Counted from the stretch's first letter, positions 9,565 to 19,379 are shown. The stretch: DNA of 62,291 nucleotides from Desulfobacteraceae bacterium (GCA_041685935.1 JAWLES010000001.1:1-62291), one strand, 5' to 3'. Translations and numbers: made by a program. Notes: a model not told the origin generated them from the sequence alone.

Positions 9565-9879
9565 ATGATTGAACTGACGGATTCTGCAAAACAGCAGATC
9601 GACGAATACTTTAACGGAAGAGAACCTTCCCCTATCAGAATATTCCTGAATTCCGGCGGCTGAGGCGGCCCATCTCTTGCTATGGCTCTGGATGAGCCTA
9701 GGGGAAACGATGAATCCTATGACATAAAGGGATATAATTTTGTTGTGGACAAAGAGTTCATGACCCAGGCACAGTTTATCAAGATTGATTTCACAGGCAT
9801 GGGATTCCATCTTGATTCAAAAATTGATTTTGGCCAGTCAGCCTGCTCAAGCTGCGGCACAACAGGCTCCTGCTGCTGA
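9565..9879 (+). CDS. HesB/IscA-like selenoprotein (in-frame UGA = Sec at codon 33)
   Basis: ATG at 9565 with AAGGAGAG 6 nt upstream. The reading is MIELTDSAKQQIDEYFNGREPSPIRIFLNSGG-UGA(9661-9663)-GGPSLAMALDE..., in frame with track ORF 9682-9879. The UGA sits where IscA/HesB proteins carry the first cluster-ligand Cys (GGCxG). The C-terminus is Cys-rich (CSSCGTTGSCC). Confidence 0.75.
9667..9698 (+). promoter_or_regulatory. Candidate SECIS hairpin
   Basis: GGCCCATC (9667-9674) pairs with GATGAGCC (9691-9698) with one C-A mismatch. The hairpin starts 4 nt after the UGA. Folded by eye only. Confidence 0.3.
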
Positions 9880-9920
9880 GCAGATAAATTTCTGTATTTT
9901 CTGAATACCCTGTTTTTAAG

Positions 9921-9993
9921 TGTCAGGGAGTGGTTAAAACCATGCCCTGACATATTTTTAAGGTCAACCCCTGACAGGGGTTGACCCTTTTAT
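9921..9993 (+). terminator. Tandem intrinsic terminator hairpins after the selenoprotein gene
   Basis: Hairpin 1: TGTCAGGG (9921-9928) / CCCTGACA (9945-9952), followed by TATTTTTA. Hairpin 2: GGTCAACCCC (9962-9971) / GGGGTTGACC (9977-9986) with a 5-nt loop, followed by CTTTTAT. Confidence 0.65.
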
Positions 9994-10048
9994 CCCCCCA
10001 TGGTAGCTTTCTTTGAAATCTGTCCTTAACAAAAATACCGGCAGGAAA

Positions 10049-10903
10049 ATGGAAAAACGATTTTTACGTACCATCCCGCTTCTGGCTGCCTGCTTTGCAG
10101 CCCTGATTTTTTTCCAGGGTTGCGGAGACAGGGAAAAAACAGATGAAAAGATTCTGGGAGGGTGGATACAAAAGAGCGGGAACAAGTATATTTTTCTGTC
10201 CCTCCAGTCCGGAAACACCTGGTCCGCATCCGTGAAAATTGCTGATGTGACGACCCGGATAATCGAGGTCAGGGGTAAAGCGTCAGGGAACTGGCACCTG
10301 GATGGCGATTCCTTGGTCCTGACGGTTGTGGAGTCCAATATCAGTGATGTTTTTGAAAAGAACAATACCTCCTTTTTTACTATTGTGAATATCACTGATA
10401 CTCAAATGGAGCTGGAAAATTCCGTGGGAAGGGTGGTGACATGGAAATCCTCCTCTTCAGATGCTCAAAAGGGCTCAGGAGAAGGGGTATCCGAGGTCAT
10501 TGAGATGGACCCTGTTGCCGTGAACCTGAACAAAAACCGCTCCCATGACAAGGACCGTTACCTTTGCCTCAACCTGGAGATTGTACTCAAGGAGCTTCTG
10601 CCCGGCACATCGATCCCGGAGATTCACCCCAGGGCCAGGGAAGCGCTTATAATCTATTTGAGTTCCCTTGTATATAATGATGTAAGGAATATGGACAGGG
10701 TGAAGGAGCTGCAGGGGCAGCTGAAGATGATACTTGATCCTTACCTGAACGGATTTGTGGAAGAGGTCAAAATCGACCATGTGATCATCTCTTCCACCAT
10801 GGACAAGGTGGAGGAATTCATCATCGAACATACACTGGGCGAACAGACAGGTGAAGATGAAGAAACGGAAAATGATCAATCAAATGATAAAAAGGGTGAG
10901 TAG
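10049..10903 (+). CDS. Lipoprotein with C-terminal FliL-like region
   Basis: Signal peptide plus lipobox (LIFFQGC). The C-terminal half (VNLNKNRSHDKDRYLCLNLEIVLKE...) resembles FliL-family proteins. The track start at 10013 is a TTG; I prefer the ATG at 10049. Confidence 0.5.
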   Translation: MEKRFLRTIPLLAACFAALIFFQGCGDREKTDEKILGGWIQKSGNKYIFLSLQSGNTWSASVKIADVTTRIIEVRGKASGNWHLDGDSLVLTVVESNISDVFEKNNTSFFTIVNITDTQMELENSVGRVVTWKSSSSDAQKGSGEGVSEVIEMDPVAVNLNKNRSHDKDRYLCLNLEIVLKELLPGTSIPEIHPRAREALIIYLSSLVYNDVRNMDRVKELQGQLKMILDPYLNGFVEEVKIDHVIISSTMDKVEEFIIEHTLGEQTGEDEETENDQSNDKKGE

Positions 10904-10908
10904 CCGGC

Positions 10909-11583
10909 ATGAAAGTAATTGATCCACACTTTGAAATACTGTATATGCCTGACGGCGATGGAATCGTTAAACATCTGGAACTGGCCGCAAGGACATGCTA
11001 CAAATCAGAGGATAAAATCACACCGGATTCAGCTGAAACCTTTTTGGCCCGAATCATCAAAAGCGGACACGAAAGTGTTATTGAGCACGCCTCGGTTTCG
11101 GTGCGGATGGTGTGTGACAGAGGGGTTTCCCATGAACTTGTAAGACACCGCCTTTGCTCGTTCAGCCAGGAAAGCACGCGGTATGCAAATTACTCCAAAG
11201 ATAAATTCGGAAATGAAATAACCGTGATCCGCCCATTCTTTTTTGAAAGAGGCTCCGGTCGTTACAATGAATGGGAAAATGCCATGCAGGCGTGTGAAAA
11301 AGCTTATCTTTCCCTTCTTTCAGCCGGCGCCAAGGCTCAGGAGGCCCGCAGCGTACTGCCCAACAGCCTGAAAACCGATATTGTGGTCACTGCCAATTTA
11401 AGACAGTGGCGCCATATTTTCAAACTGAGGTGCTCCAAGGCTTCTCATCCCCAGATGAGGCAGTTGATGCTCCCTTTGCTGAAAACTTTTCATTCCTGTA
11501 TTCCGGTGATGTTTGATGCGCTTTATGAAAATTTTAAAGAGGATATGGACTCTTTCGGAGACCTTGCAGCCCCGGTTGCCTAG
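10909..11583 (+). CDS. thyX: FAD-dependent thymidylate synthase
   Basis: ThyX signature RHRxxSxxxxSxR is present as RHRLCSFSQESTRY. Confidence 0.9.
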   Translation: MKVIDPHFEILYMPDGDGIVKHLELAARTCYKSEDKITPDSAETFLARIIKSGHESVIEHASVSVRMVCDRGVSHELVRHRLCSFSQESTRYANYSKDKFGNEITVIRPFFFERGSGRYNEWENAMQACEKAYLSLLSAGAKAQEARSVLPNSLKTDIVVTANLRQWRHIFKLRCSKASHPQMRQLMLPLLKTFHSCIPVMFDALYENFKEDMDSFGDLAAPVA

Positions 11584-12215
11584 TCTTTGGATTTTGTGAC
11601 GATCAAAAGTCCCTGCCGGATGGAAATAACCGCACTTTCGGCTGTGAAACGGTTGCTGATGCCCAGGGAGGATCCCATGTATATTTCCTTGTTGTGCAGG
11701 GGAAACTCAAGTCCTTCCAGGGTAACGCCTGATACTTTTTCCGTCAGCGGAATGATCGAGAGAAATTCTCCGGGTGTGCCCCGGAGGGTCAGGTGGTCAT
11801 TGACAAGGTAAATACAGTTGTGATCGTCAATGATACTGCTTTTGATGTTTAAGTCAGCCATTTTTTTTAAAAGCATTATGTTGGCCAGGGTGTGATCGAG
11901 CCTGGAACCGGAAGCTCCTAAAAAAATGATTTCGCAAGCCTTGTGTTCAATCGCCCACATGGCTGCAAGTTCGGTATCTGTGGCATCTTTTTTGACAGAG
12001 TGCTGAATCATTTCAACTGACCGGCCCTTGAAAAACTCCATGTTTTCAGGCCCGATGGAGTCAAAGTCGCCTATGATCACATCCGGTAAAATGCCCATGG
12101 ATTTGAGATGACCGGCTCCTGCGTCCGCGCACACGATTTTGTCAGCCGTTCCGGCCAGCTCCAGAAAACGCTTTTGATTTTTTATGACTCCGCTTGAGAC
12201 AATGATAAACTTCAT
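11580..12215 (-). CDS. thiN: Thiamine pyrophosphokinase
   Basis: TPK motifs GDFDS, KDATDTELA and GSRLDHTLANI. I prefer the ATG at 12215 (MKFIIVSSG); the track ORF extends to 12278. Confidence 0.75.
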   Translation of the reverse strand: MKFIIVSSGVIKNQKRFLELAGTADKIVCADAGAGHLKSMGILPDVIIGDFDSIGPENMEFFKGRSVEMIQHSVKKDATDTELAAMWAIEHKACEIIFLGASGSRLDHTLANIMLLKKMADLNIKSSIIDDHNCIYLVNDHLTLRGTPGEFLSIIPLTEKVSGVTLEGLEFPLHNKEIYMGSSLGISNRFTAESAVISIRQGLLIVTKSKD

Positions 12216-12333
12216 AATTTCTCTTGTTAACATAAATTGGACAGGAACGCACAGCCTTTTTACAGAACAGGTCCGCATCAGGCGGATGCTTTGTTACTTG
12301 ACAGTCTGACCGGATACCTATATTTTCCTTGAG

Positions 12334-13521
12334 ATGAGATTTGCAACCACCATAAACCGCTATATTTTTACCGAACTTATTCCTCCATTCGCCATTTCCC
12401 TTATTTTCCTGACCTTTCTTTTTCTGATGACCAGGATTCCGGATATTACCCATATGGTTGTAAATTATAATACCGGTCTGGGGTCTCTTCTTTTGCTCCT
12501 GGCTTACTCGTTTCCCAGGTTCCTCGAGTTTACCATCCCCATGTCGGTTATGATTTCGGTGCTGCTGACTTTCATGCGTATGGCTGGAGATAACGAGATT
12601 ACCGCACTCAAGGGGGGAGGGGTCTCCATATACAGAATCCTGCCGCCGGTTATGGTGTTCTGTTTTCTGGGGTTTCTGCTCGGTGTCTGGATCACCACAT
12701 GGGCGGTGCCTGAAAGCAGGGTGGCATTCAAGAAAAAGAGTCTTGAAATAGCCAAAACCAATCTGGATGTGGCGCTCCAGGAAAGAAAGTTCAACACCAG
12801 TTTTGATGACGTGATGATCTATGTGAGCAGTGTGGATGTCAATTCAAAAAAGCTTGAGGATGTTTTCATTGAAGACCGGCGTACAAATGGTATGGTGAAT
12901 ATTTCCGTGGCACCGGAAGGGATTCTTGTTTCAGACAAGGAGAAAATGTTTTATACGCTTCGCCTTTATGACGGGAAAATAAACCAGGTGGACCTTCAGG
13001 ACGAAACCGTGAATACGGTTACATTCAAAACTTATGATATTAACCTGGATCTCACAGGTGAAGGCGGCTCCCCCGACCGTATTGACAGGGATCTGGATGA
13101 GATGTCGCTATCCGAGCTGGCCGGGTTTATCAGGAGTGAGCCGGAAGATAAAAAAAAGCTCTATACAGCGCTCATGGAGATGCATGAAAAATTTTCTCTT
13201 CCTTTCGCCTGCATTGCCCTGGGCATTCTTGCCTTTCCCCTGGGTATCCAGTCGGTTTCCCTGAGACGGTCCTCAGGTTTCGGACTCGGGATTTTTTTCT
13301 TTATCGTTTACTATCTGCTTTTGGCGCTCGGATGGGCAGCAGGTGAAACCGGCCGGTATCCGGCCGCGCTCGGCATGTGGCTTCCGGATCTGATCATGGG
13401 GGCTGTCGGGGTATATCTTCTGCACCGGAACGTAAAGGAAAAACCTTTAAAGCTTCCGGCGCTTTTCCCGGGAAAGCTTGTCTTGTTTATCAAAGGCCGG
13501 CGCGGAAACAAGGGGATGTAG
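12334..13521 (+). CDS. lptF: LPS export ABC permease, LptF/LptG family
   Basis: 395-aa YjgP/YjgQ-type architecture: 3 TM, a periplasmic beta-jellyroll, then 3 TM. It is the first gene of a pair. Confidence 0.75.
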   Translation: MRFATTINRYIFTELIPPFAISLIFLTFLFLMTRIPDITHMVVNYNTGLGSLLLLLAYSFPRFLEFTIPMSVMISVLLTFMRMAGDNEITALKGGGVSIYRILPPVMVFCFLGFLLGVWITTWAVPESRVAFKKKSLEIAKTNLDVALQERKFNTSFDDVMIYVSSVDVNSKKLEDVFIEDRRTNGMVNISVAPEGILVSDKEKMFYTLRLYDGKINQVDLQDETVNTVTFKTYDINLDLTGEGGSPDRIDRDLDEMSLSELAGFIRSEPEDKKKLYTALMEMHEKFSLPFACIALGILAFPLGIQSVSLRRSSGFGLGIFFFIVYYLLLALGWAAGETGRYPAALGMWLPDLIMGAVGVYLLHRNVKEKPLKLPALFPGKLVLFIKGRRGNKGM

Positions 13522-13522
13522 A

Positions 13523-14602
13523 ATGACGATTCTTCACAGATACTGGCTCAAGGAATTTGCCAAATACTTTTTCATCATTCATCTGATAGTTCAGTTTATC
13601 TTTGTGGCAGTGGATTACCTGTCAAGGATGGATCACTTTCTGGAATCCAGGATTACCCTTCTCCAGGCGCTTGGATATGTACTTTTAAAAGTTCCTTTCA
13701 TGTTTGTGGAGTTGACGCCGGCGGTGGTAATGCTTTCGGTTATAGTGGTTTTCGGGCTCATGAACAGGAACAATGAACTGATTGCCGTTAAATCGAGCGG
13801 GGTCTCCATTTACCATCTGGTCAAACCTGCTGCATTTGCTGGCATTGTCCTCTCTTTCGGCATGATTTTCCTCGGCGAGACCATCGTTCCTGTGACCATG
13901 TCTAAAGCCAACTACATCAAGTACGTCGTGATAAAGGGGGATCACTCTGTTCACAGGTCAAGGAAGGATATATGGATGAAACAGGACAGGAATATTATCC
14001 ATGTAAATTATTACAACCCTTCGGATAATACGATTTCAGGCCTGACTCTTACCAGGATGGATGATACTTTCGGAATGACCAAGAGAATTGATGCTGAAAG
14101 CGGGGAATTCAAAAACGGAAGCTGGCACCTTTCAAATGTGATTGAGCAGGATTACGTGAAAAAGCTCGACGAGTATGAAGTCCGCAGCCATGGGAGCATG
14201 ATTCATGACATCGGCATTGAGCCGGACAACCTCAAAAAGATCGCCAAAAAATCGGAAGAAATGAGTCTTGCAGAGCTTTCAGATTATATCGGCAAAGTTG
14301 AGGCGGAAGGATACGATGCCGGCAAGTATCGCGTGGATTTCCATGCCAAAATCGCTTTTCCCTTTATCTGTTTTTTAATGGCCTTGACCGGAACGGCCGC
14401 GGGGATGAGGCCCATGGCCAGAAACCATTTGCCGCTGGCGGTCGCCACAGGTGTTTTGATTTCATTTGTATACTGGGTCATGTACAGTTTCTGTATTTCA
14501 CTTGGCTACGGCAAAATGCTCCCTCCCTTAATCAGCGCCTGGCTGACCAATCTGGTATTTTTATGTTTCAGTGTGTGGTTTTTAATAACGGTTGATGACT
14601 GA
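13523..14602 (+). CDS. lptG: LPS export ABC permease, LptF/LptG family
   Basis: Same architecture as lptF and second gene of the pair. I prefer the ATG at 13523 (MTILHRYWLKEF). Confidence 0.75.
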   Translation: MTILHRYWLKEFAKYFFIIHLIVQFIFVAVDYLSRMDHFLESRITLLQALGYVLLKVPFMFVELTPAVVMLSVIVVFGLMNRNNELIAVKSSGVSIYHLVKPAAFAGIVLSFGMIFLGETIVPVTMSKANYIKYVVIKGDHSVHRSRKDIWMKQDRNIIHVNYYNPSDNTISGLTLTRMDDTFGMTKRIDAESGEFKNGSWHLSNVIEQDYVKKLDEYEVRSHGSMIHDIGIEPDNLKKIAKKSEEMSLAELSDYIGKVEAEGYDAGKYRVDFHAKIAFPFICFLMALTGTAAGMRPMARNHLPLAVATGVLISFVYWVMYSFCISLGYGKMLPPLISAWLTNLVFLCFSVWFLITVDD

Positions 14603-15744
14603 TGAGAGATGCAATCGAAAACATTATAAAACAGCCTTTGTCATCTGACCGGGACAGGCCCAAGCAGCGCTTGCTAAAATTCGCCCTGCAGGTTTTATCC
14701 GGATTGTATCTTGCCGCAGTATGCTGCCGCCGTCTTTTGTATCGCTCAGGGCTGCTGAAATCAAGGAGGCTTTCCTGTTTTGTTTTCTCCATCGGGAATA
14801 TCACCGCAGGAGGGACCGGAAAAACGCCAATGACAATCCATGTTGCGGATATGCTGCTGAAGGCGGGATACAAAGTGGTGATCATCAGCAGGGGGTATAA
14901 AAGAAAATCCGGAAAAGCCGTTCTTGTGGTCAGTGACGGAGAGAATATCCTATGCGGTGTGAGCGAAGCAGGAGACGAGGCCTACATGATGGCGACGGCT
15001 CTCGGCTGCCCCCTGATTGTGGGAAAAAGCCGTTATTCTGCGGGCAGACTGGCGATTGAGAAATTCAATCCGGATGTGATCCTTCTGGATGATGCATTTC
15101 AGCACCTTGCACTTCACAAGGATTTGAACCTGCTTCTTTTGGATTCGAAAAATCCTTTCGGGAACGGTGCTTTACTGCCGAGGGGTCCGTTGCGGGAGCC
15201 TCCCGCATCTGTTGAAAGAGCGGATGCCATTGTAATGACAAGAGGGTCCGAAGAGGAGGGGGAAACCGTGCCGGCACCTCCCTTTTCAAGGGAGATGGAT
15301 GTGCCGGTTTTTAAAACTTCCCATGTGCCCAGGGTTTCAAGGGTTGTGGTAGATGGAGCTGAATCCGGCAGAAAAGATCATGATGTCTTGCCCGGAAACA
15401 AGATTTTTCTCTTTTCCGCCATTGCTAACAATGACCTTTTCATCCATTCGTGCCGAAATCTGGGATTTAGCATATGCGGGTATCTTGAATTTCCGGATCA
15501 TTTTTGGTATACAGAGCGCGACCTTGAACGGATAAAGCACAGATTCAGGGAAACACGAGCCGATTGCATCGGTACAACGCAAAAGGATTTTGTTAAAATT
15601 CAAAACCGCATTTGCGGTCTGTCCGCACTGATAGTTTTTGATATCGAAATCTGTTTTAAAAACGAGGACGGCGAGGCTTTCAGAAGGCTAGTCCATAACC
15701 GTGTTACAGCATATCAGGCAAAGTCATATGGATCTGAAGGATAA
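14602..15744 (+). CDS. lpxK: Tetraacyldisaccharide 4'-kinase
   Basis: P-loop GNITAGGTGKTP, followed by ISRGY and DDAFQH. Confidence 0.85.
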   Translation: MRDAIENIIKQPLSSDRDRPKQRLLKFALQVLSGLYLAAVCCRRLLYRSGLLKSRRLSCFVFSIGNITAGGTGKTPMTIHVADMLLKAGYKVVIISRGYKRKSGKAVLVVSDGENILCGVSEAGDEAYMMATALGCPLIVGKSRYSAGRLAIEKFNPDVILLDDAFQHLALHKDLNLLLLDSKNPFGNGALLPRGPLREPPASVERADAIVMTRGSEEEGETVPAPPFSREMDVPVFKTSHVPRVSRVVVDGAESGRKDHDVLPGNKIFLFSAIANNDLFIHSCRNLGFSICGYLEFPDHFWYTERDLERIKHRFRETRADCIGTTQKDFVKIQNRICGLSALIVFDIEICFKNEDGEAFRRLVHNRVTAYQAKSYGSEG

Positions 15745-16639
15745 AATTTTATACTGCGGAGTTTCAGGAGGGGTCAGGCTGCTGGGACTCATCCCTTTTT
15801 CCTGGCATGAACCCCTGGGAAGGATCCTCGGCAGGACCTGGTACAGAATGGATAAAAGGCACAGAAACCTTGCGGTCAATAATATTCGTTATGCATACGG
15901 GGATTCGGTTACGGAAGACCGGGCTGAAAAACTTGCCGGAAAAGTGTTTGAAAATTTTGCAAGAATGGTATTTGAGCATGCCTGGTTCAACCGGCTGCCC
16001 AGGCGGGAGTATCACAGGTATTTCAGGGTTAAGGGGCTTCATCATCTTCATAAAGCCCATGCCAAAGGCAGGGGCGTTATAGGCATATCCGCCCATATGG
16101 GGAACTGGGAACTGGGGCTGGCGATGTACCATTTGTTCGGGGTGCCTTTTTGTGTGGTTTACAAACCGATTAAAAACAGCGGTGTCAACAGATACATACT
16201 TGAAAAACGAACGATTGAGGGCTTTGAGATGGTGGAGAAGGACGGAGCCTCTAAAAACGTGCAGAAAATGCTTGAAAAAGGATACGCAGCCGCCCTGCTG
16301 ATCGATCAGAACACAAGAAGGAAATACGGAGTGTTCATAGACTTTTTCGGGAAAAAAGCCTGCACAAACAAAAATGTGGCAAAGCTTGCATTGAGGACGT
16401 CCGCACCTGTCATCCCTCTTTTTATTCACCGGGAAAGAGGTTTTTTTGTGTTCGAGATACTGCCTGAAGTGCGGTTGACAAGAACCAGTGACCCTGAATA
16501 CGATATTGTTGAAAACACACAGAAGTTTGCCGATATTGTGGAGCATTTTGTCCGAAAGTACCCTGACCAGTGGTTCTGGGTTCACAACAGGTGGCGGACA
16601 AGGCCGGGGGGCGGCAAAAGGGCTGGAAAGCAAAAATGA
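15701..16639 (+). CDS. Lipid A biosynthesis (Kdo2-lipid IVA) acyltransferase, LpxL/HtrB family
   Basis: Acyltransferase H(x)4E motif SAHMGNWE and family-length similarity. The start is uncertain; an alternative ATG lies at 15728. Confidence 0.7.
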   Translation: MLQHIRQSHMDLKDKILYCGVSGGVRLLGLIPFSWHEPLGRILGRTWYRMDKRHRNLAVNNIRYAYGDSVTEDRAEKLAGKVFENFARMVFEHAWFNRLPRREYHRYFRVKGLHHLHKAHAKGRGVIGISAHMGNWELGLAMYHLFGVPFCVVYKPIKNSGVNRYILEKRTIEGFEMVEKDGASKNVQKMLEKGYAAALLIDQNTRRKYGVFIDFFGKKACTNKNVAKLALRTSAPVIPLFIHRERGFFVFEILPEVRLTRTSDPEYDIVENTQKFADIVEHFVRKYPDQWFWVHNRWRTRPGGGKRAGKQK

Positions 16640-17751
16640 AGCTGGCATTCTGCCTTTTTAAATATTTTCCTTTCGGGGGGCTCCAGAAAGATTTCATGAA
16701 TATCGTGAATGAATGCCTGGCCCGGGGGTATGAAGTACACGCCTACGTCATCACATGGGAGGGGGAAATTCCTGAAGGGCTTCGTGTTACACGTGTCCCG
16801 GTTTCCGGGCTTTCCAACCACAAACGGTACGCCTCTTTTGCCAGAAGGACCATCGAACATGTAAAAGAGGAAGGATATGATGCAGTGGTGGGGTTTAACA
16901 AGATTCCCGGCCTGGATGTCTACTTTGCTGCGGATATGTCGTTTGCCGCCAAGATGAAGGACCGGAATTTTCTTTATCGCCTTACAGACCGGTACCGCAC
17001 CTGTATGCGGCTTGAAAGGTCTGTTTTTGATAAGGATCTTAATACGCAGATTCTGCTGTTGACCGAGAAGGAAAAATCATTCTACATGAAGTACTATGGC
17101 ACCTCACCCGACCGTTTTCATCTGATTCCCCCGGGAATTTCAAAGGCGTGTCTTCCGCCTGAGGAGCCTTGCAAAGTCAGGGCGGAAAAGCGGCTGGAGC
17201 TGGGTATTCACCCGGAAGCATATGTTTTGCTGATGGTCTGCACCAATTTTAAAATAAAGGGGGTGGCGCGCGCTATCCGGGCCCTGTCCGCCCTTCCTTC
17301 GGCGATACGGTCCGGATCTCTGCTTATTGTTGCGGGCATGGACAATCCGGCTCCATACAGGAAACTTGCAGCCGGACTTAATGTTGCGGAAAATGTCCGT
17401 TTTCTCGGTGCCCGCAGGGATATTCCCGAACTTTTGACCGCTTCGGACCTGTTGCTGCATCCTGCCTCCATAGAGAATACCGGAACTGTTCTTGTGGAGG
17501 CTATTGTGGCTGAGCTGCCGGTACTTACGACTGAAACATGCGGGTACAGCTTCCATGTCATCCGTTCAGATTCAGGGGTTGTTGTACCGGAGCCTTTTGA
17601 TCAACAGGATCTGAACAGAAGCCTCCTTTATATGATCGAATCGGAAAACCGAATCCAGTGGAGGGAAAACTGCAGGAAGTATATAGCTGAAACGGATGTT
17701 TTCAGCAGTGCCCAAAGGGTTGTGGATATTATCGAAAAAGTGGCTGTATGA
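16636..17751 (+). CDS. waaG: LPS core glycosyltransferase family 4, WaaG/RfaG-like
   Basis: N-terminus MKLAFCLFKYFPFGGLQKDF closely resembles the E. coli WaaG N-terminus (from memory). GT4 C-terminal region LHPASIENTGTVLVEA. I prefer the ATG at 16636. Confidence 0.75.
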   Translation: MKLAFCLFKYFPFGGLQKDFMNIVNECLARGYEVHAYVITWEGEIPEGLRVTRVPVSGLSNHKRYASFARRTIEHVKEEGYDAVVGFNKIPGLDVYFAADMSFAAKMKDRNFLYRLTDRYRTCMRLERSVFDKDLNTQILLLTEKEKSFYMKYYGTSPDRFHLIPPGISKACLPPEEPCKVRAEKRLELGIHPEAYVLLMVCTNFKIKGVARAIRALSALPSAIRSGSLLIVAGMDNPAPYRKLAAGLNVAENVRFLGARRDIPELLTASDLLLHPASIENTGTVLVEAIVAELPVLTTETCGYSFHVIRSDSGVVVPEPFDQQDLNRSLLYMIESENRIQWRENCRKYIAETDVFSSAQRVVDIIEKVAV

Positions 17752-18569
17752 TTCATTTGCCGGAGAACTGGAAAAAATTCTGGAAGATCACTGAAGAGGA
17801 CTTTGAAGGGCTGTTCAGCGCTGAGGGCACTGTTTACAGAAATATAGACGGCAGACGGACGGTCCGTTTCAGGTTCGGTGAAAAACACTATTTCGGGAAA
17901 TTTCACAGGGGTGTGGGATGGAAGAAAATCATTAAAAACATTTTACAGTTAAGAAGACCACCTGTGTTGAGCGCTGCAAATGAATGGCGTGCCATACAGA
18001 AGCTCAATAGCCTTGATATCGGAACCACCCCACTTGTGGGCTACGGCAGAAAAGGACTCAACCCGGGTAAAATTCAGTCTTTTGTAGTCACCGAAGAAAT
18101 CCGGAATGCAATCAGCCTGGAAGATTATTGTAAGGACTGGTGTGATAATCCCCCCCCGTATGCCATTAAAAAAGCGCTTTTAACAGAAGTTGCCAGGATT
18201 GCAAGGGTCATGCATGAAAATGGAATGAATCACAGGGATTTTTATATATGCCATTTTCTTATGGATATTTCACAGGGAAAAGAGAGTATCACCCCGGATT
18301 CCGTCCGATTATCCGTGATTGATCTGCACCGGGTTCAGATCCGTGCTGCAATTCCCTGGCGCTGGCGGGTCAAAGATATATCCGGGCTTTTGTTTTCAAG
18401 TCTTGATGCAGGGCTTACAAAACGGGATCTTGTGCGGTTCGCCAGGGAATACGAGAATGCATCGGCCGAAAAGGCGGTTGGGGAAAGACGCTTTTTCTGG
18501 TGGATCGTGAGAAAACGGGCTGCAAGACTTTATAAAAAAGCATTCGGAAAGAAACCCCCGGCTGCCTGA
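17748..18569 (+). CDS. waaP: LPS core heptose(I) kinase
   Basis: Kinase HRD (MNHRDFYICHF) and VIDLHR. The N-terminal region is similar to RfaP. There is an ATGA overlap with waaG. Confidence 0.8.
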   Translation: MIHLPENWKKFWKITEEDFEGLFSAEGTVYRNIDGRRTVRFRFGEKHYFGKFHRGVGWKKIIKNILQLRRPPVLSAANEWRAIQKLNSLDIGTTPLVGYGRKGLNPGKIQSFVVTEEIRNAISLEDYCKDWCDNPPPYAIKKALLTEVARIARVMHENGMNHRDFYICHFLMDISQGKESITPDSVRLSVIDLHRVQIRAAIPWRWRVKDISGLLFSSLDAGLTKRDLVRFAREYENASAEKAVGERRFFWWIVRKRAARLYKKAFGKKPPAA

Positions 18570-18651
18570 AGGAAGCGTAATATGAACGGTTTGGCCCGGG
18601 ACGGGTTTTTGGATTTGCTTTTGAACGGGAAAAGGGAGAAGCTTTATTCTG

Positions 18652-19320
18652 TTGAGAAATTGTGAAAAACTTGATCATGAATCATTCAAGGACCTTACCA
18701 AAGGTGGGCAGGTTTTAACAAAGGATTATTACGGAGATAAAGTTATAAAACTTGAAGACGGGCGTATCGTTAAACTCTTCAGGTTGAAAAGATTTTTTTC
18801 CTCCGCCCTTGTCCGGCCTTATGCCGGAAGGTTTGTCCGGGCAGCGGCGTTGCTGGAAAAAAAGGGAATCCCCACAGTCAAAGTGGAAGGGGTATACAGG
18901 GTTCCGTCCATCAAGCGGGATATGGTTTTATACCATCCCCTGGAAGGGACTCTCTTGAGGGAGGCTTTTCAGAACACAGGTGAGAAGACTGATCTTGTAA
19001 AGCAGTTTGCCGCCTTCCTGGCGGATCTGCATGCCAAAGGAATTTATTTTAGGTCAATTCATCTGAACAATGTGATCCTTACCCCTGAAGGCGGCTTCGG
19101 ACTGATCGATATCTCCGATCTGCACTATTGGGGGCTTCCTTTGACGATTTCAAAAAGAGTCAGGAATTTCAGACCGATATTCAAATGCGACCAGGACAGG
19201 AAAATTTTTGAGGGCGTTTCTATAAAATTTTTTTTAGATTGCTATGTAGAAAATGCAGGCTTCAAATCCAAACGGAAGGGTGAGTTAATGAGCCGTAATA
19301 TTTTGAACCAGTATTTTTAA
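18652..19320 (+). CDS. Lipopolysaccharide kinase (Kdo/WaaP) family protein, possibly catalytically divergent
   Basis: Kinase-like fold signals: KLFRLKRF, GIP, LIDISD. The catalytic-loop position reads SIHLNNVIL, giving H-L-N where WaaP and KdkA in this window have H-x-D. TTG start at 18652 is uncertain. Confidence 0.55.
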   Translation: MRNCEKLDHESFKDLTKGGQVLTKDYYGDKVIKLEDGRIVKLFRLKRFFSSALVRPYAGRFVRAAALLEKKGIPTVKVEGVYRVPSIKRDMVLYHPLEGTLLREAFQNTGEKTDLVKQFAAFLADLHAKGIYFRSIHLNNVILTPEGGFGLIDISDLHYWGLPLTISKRVRNFRPIFKCDQDRKIFEGVSIKFFLDCYVENAGFKSKRKGELMSRNILNQYF

Positions 19321-19379
19321 ATTGACCGGTTTATATTTCAGCAGATTATATTTTTATTGTTTTATTAGAGGATACTGAT

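Noticed and set aside
9682-9879. 65-aa ORF treated as an independent small gene.
   Set aside because: The upstream in-frame sequence has an SD, an ATG and an IscA-like N-terminus, interrupted only by a TGA at the Cys-ligand position. It is better explained as the C-terminal part of a selenoprotein.
15764-16648. 294-aa minus-strand ORF.
   Set aside because: It is the antisense shadow of the LpxL-family acyltransferase gene, which has the HxxxxE motif and fits the operon context.
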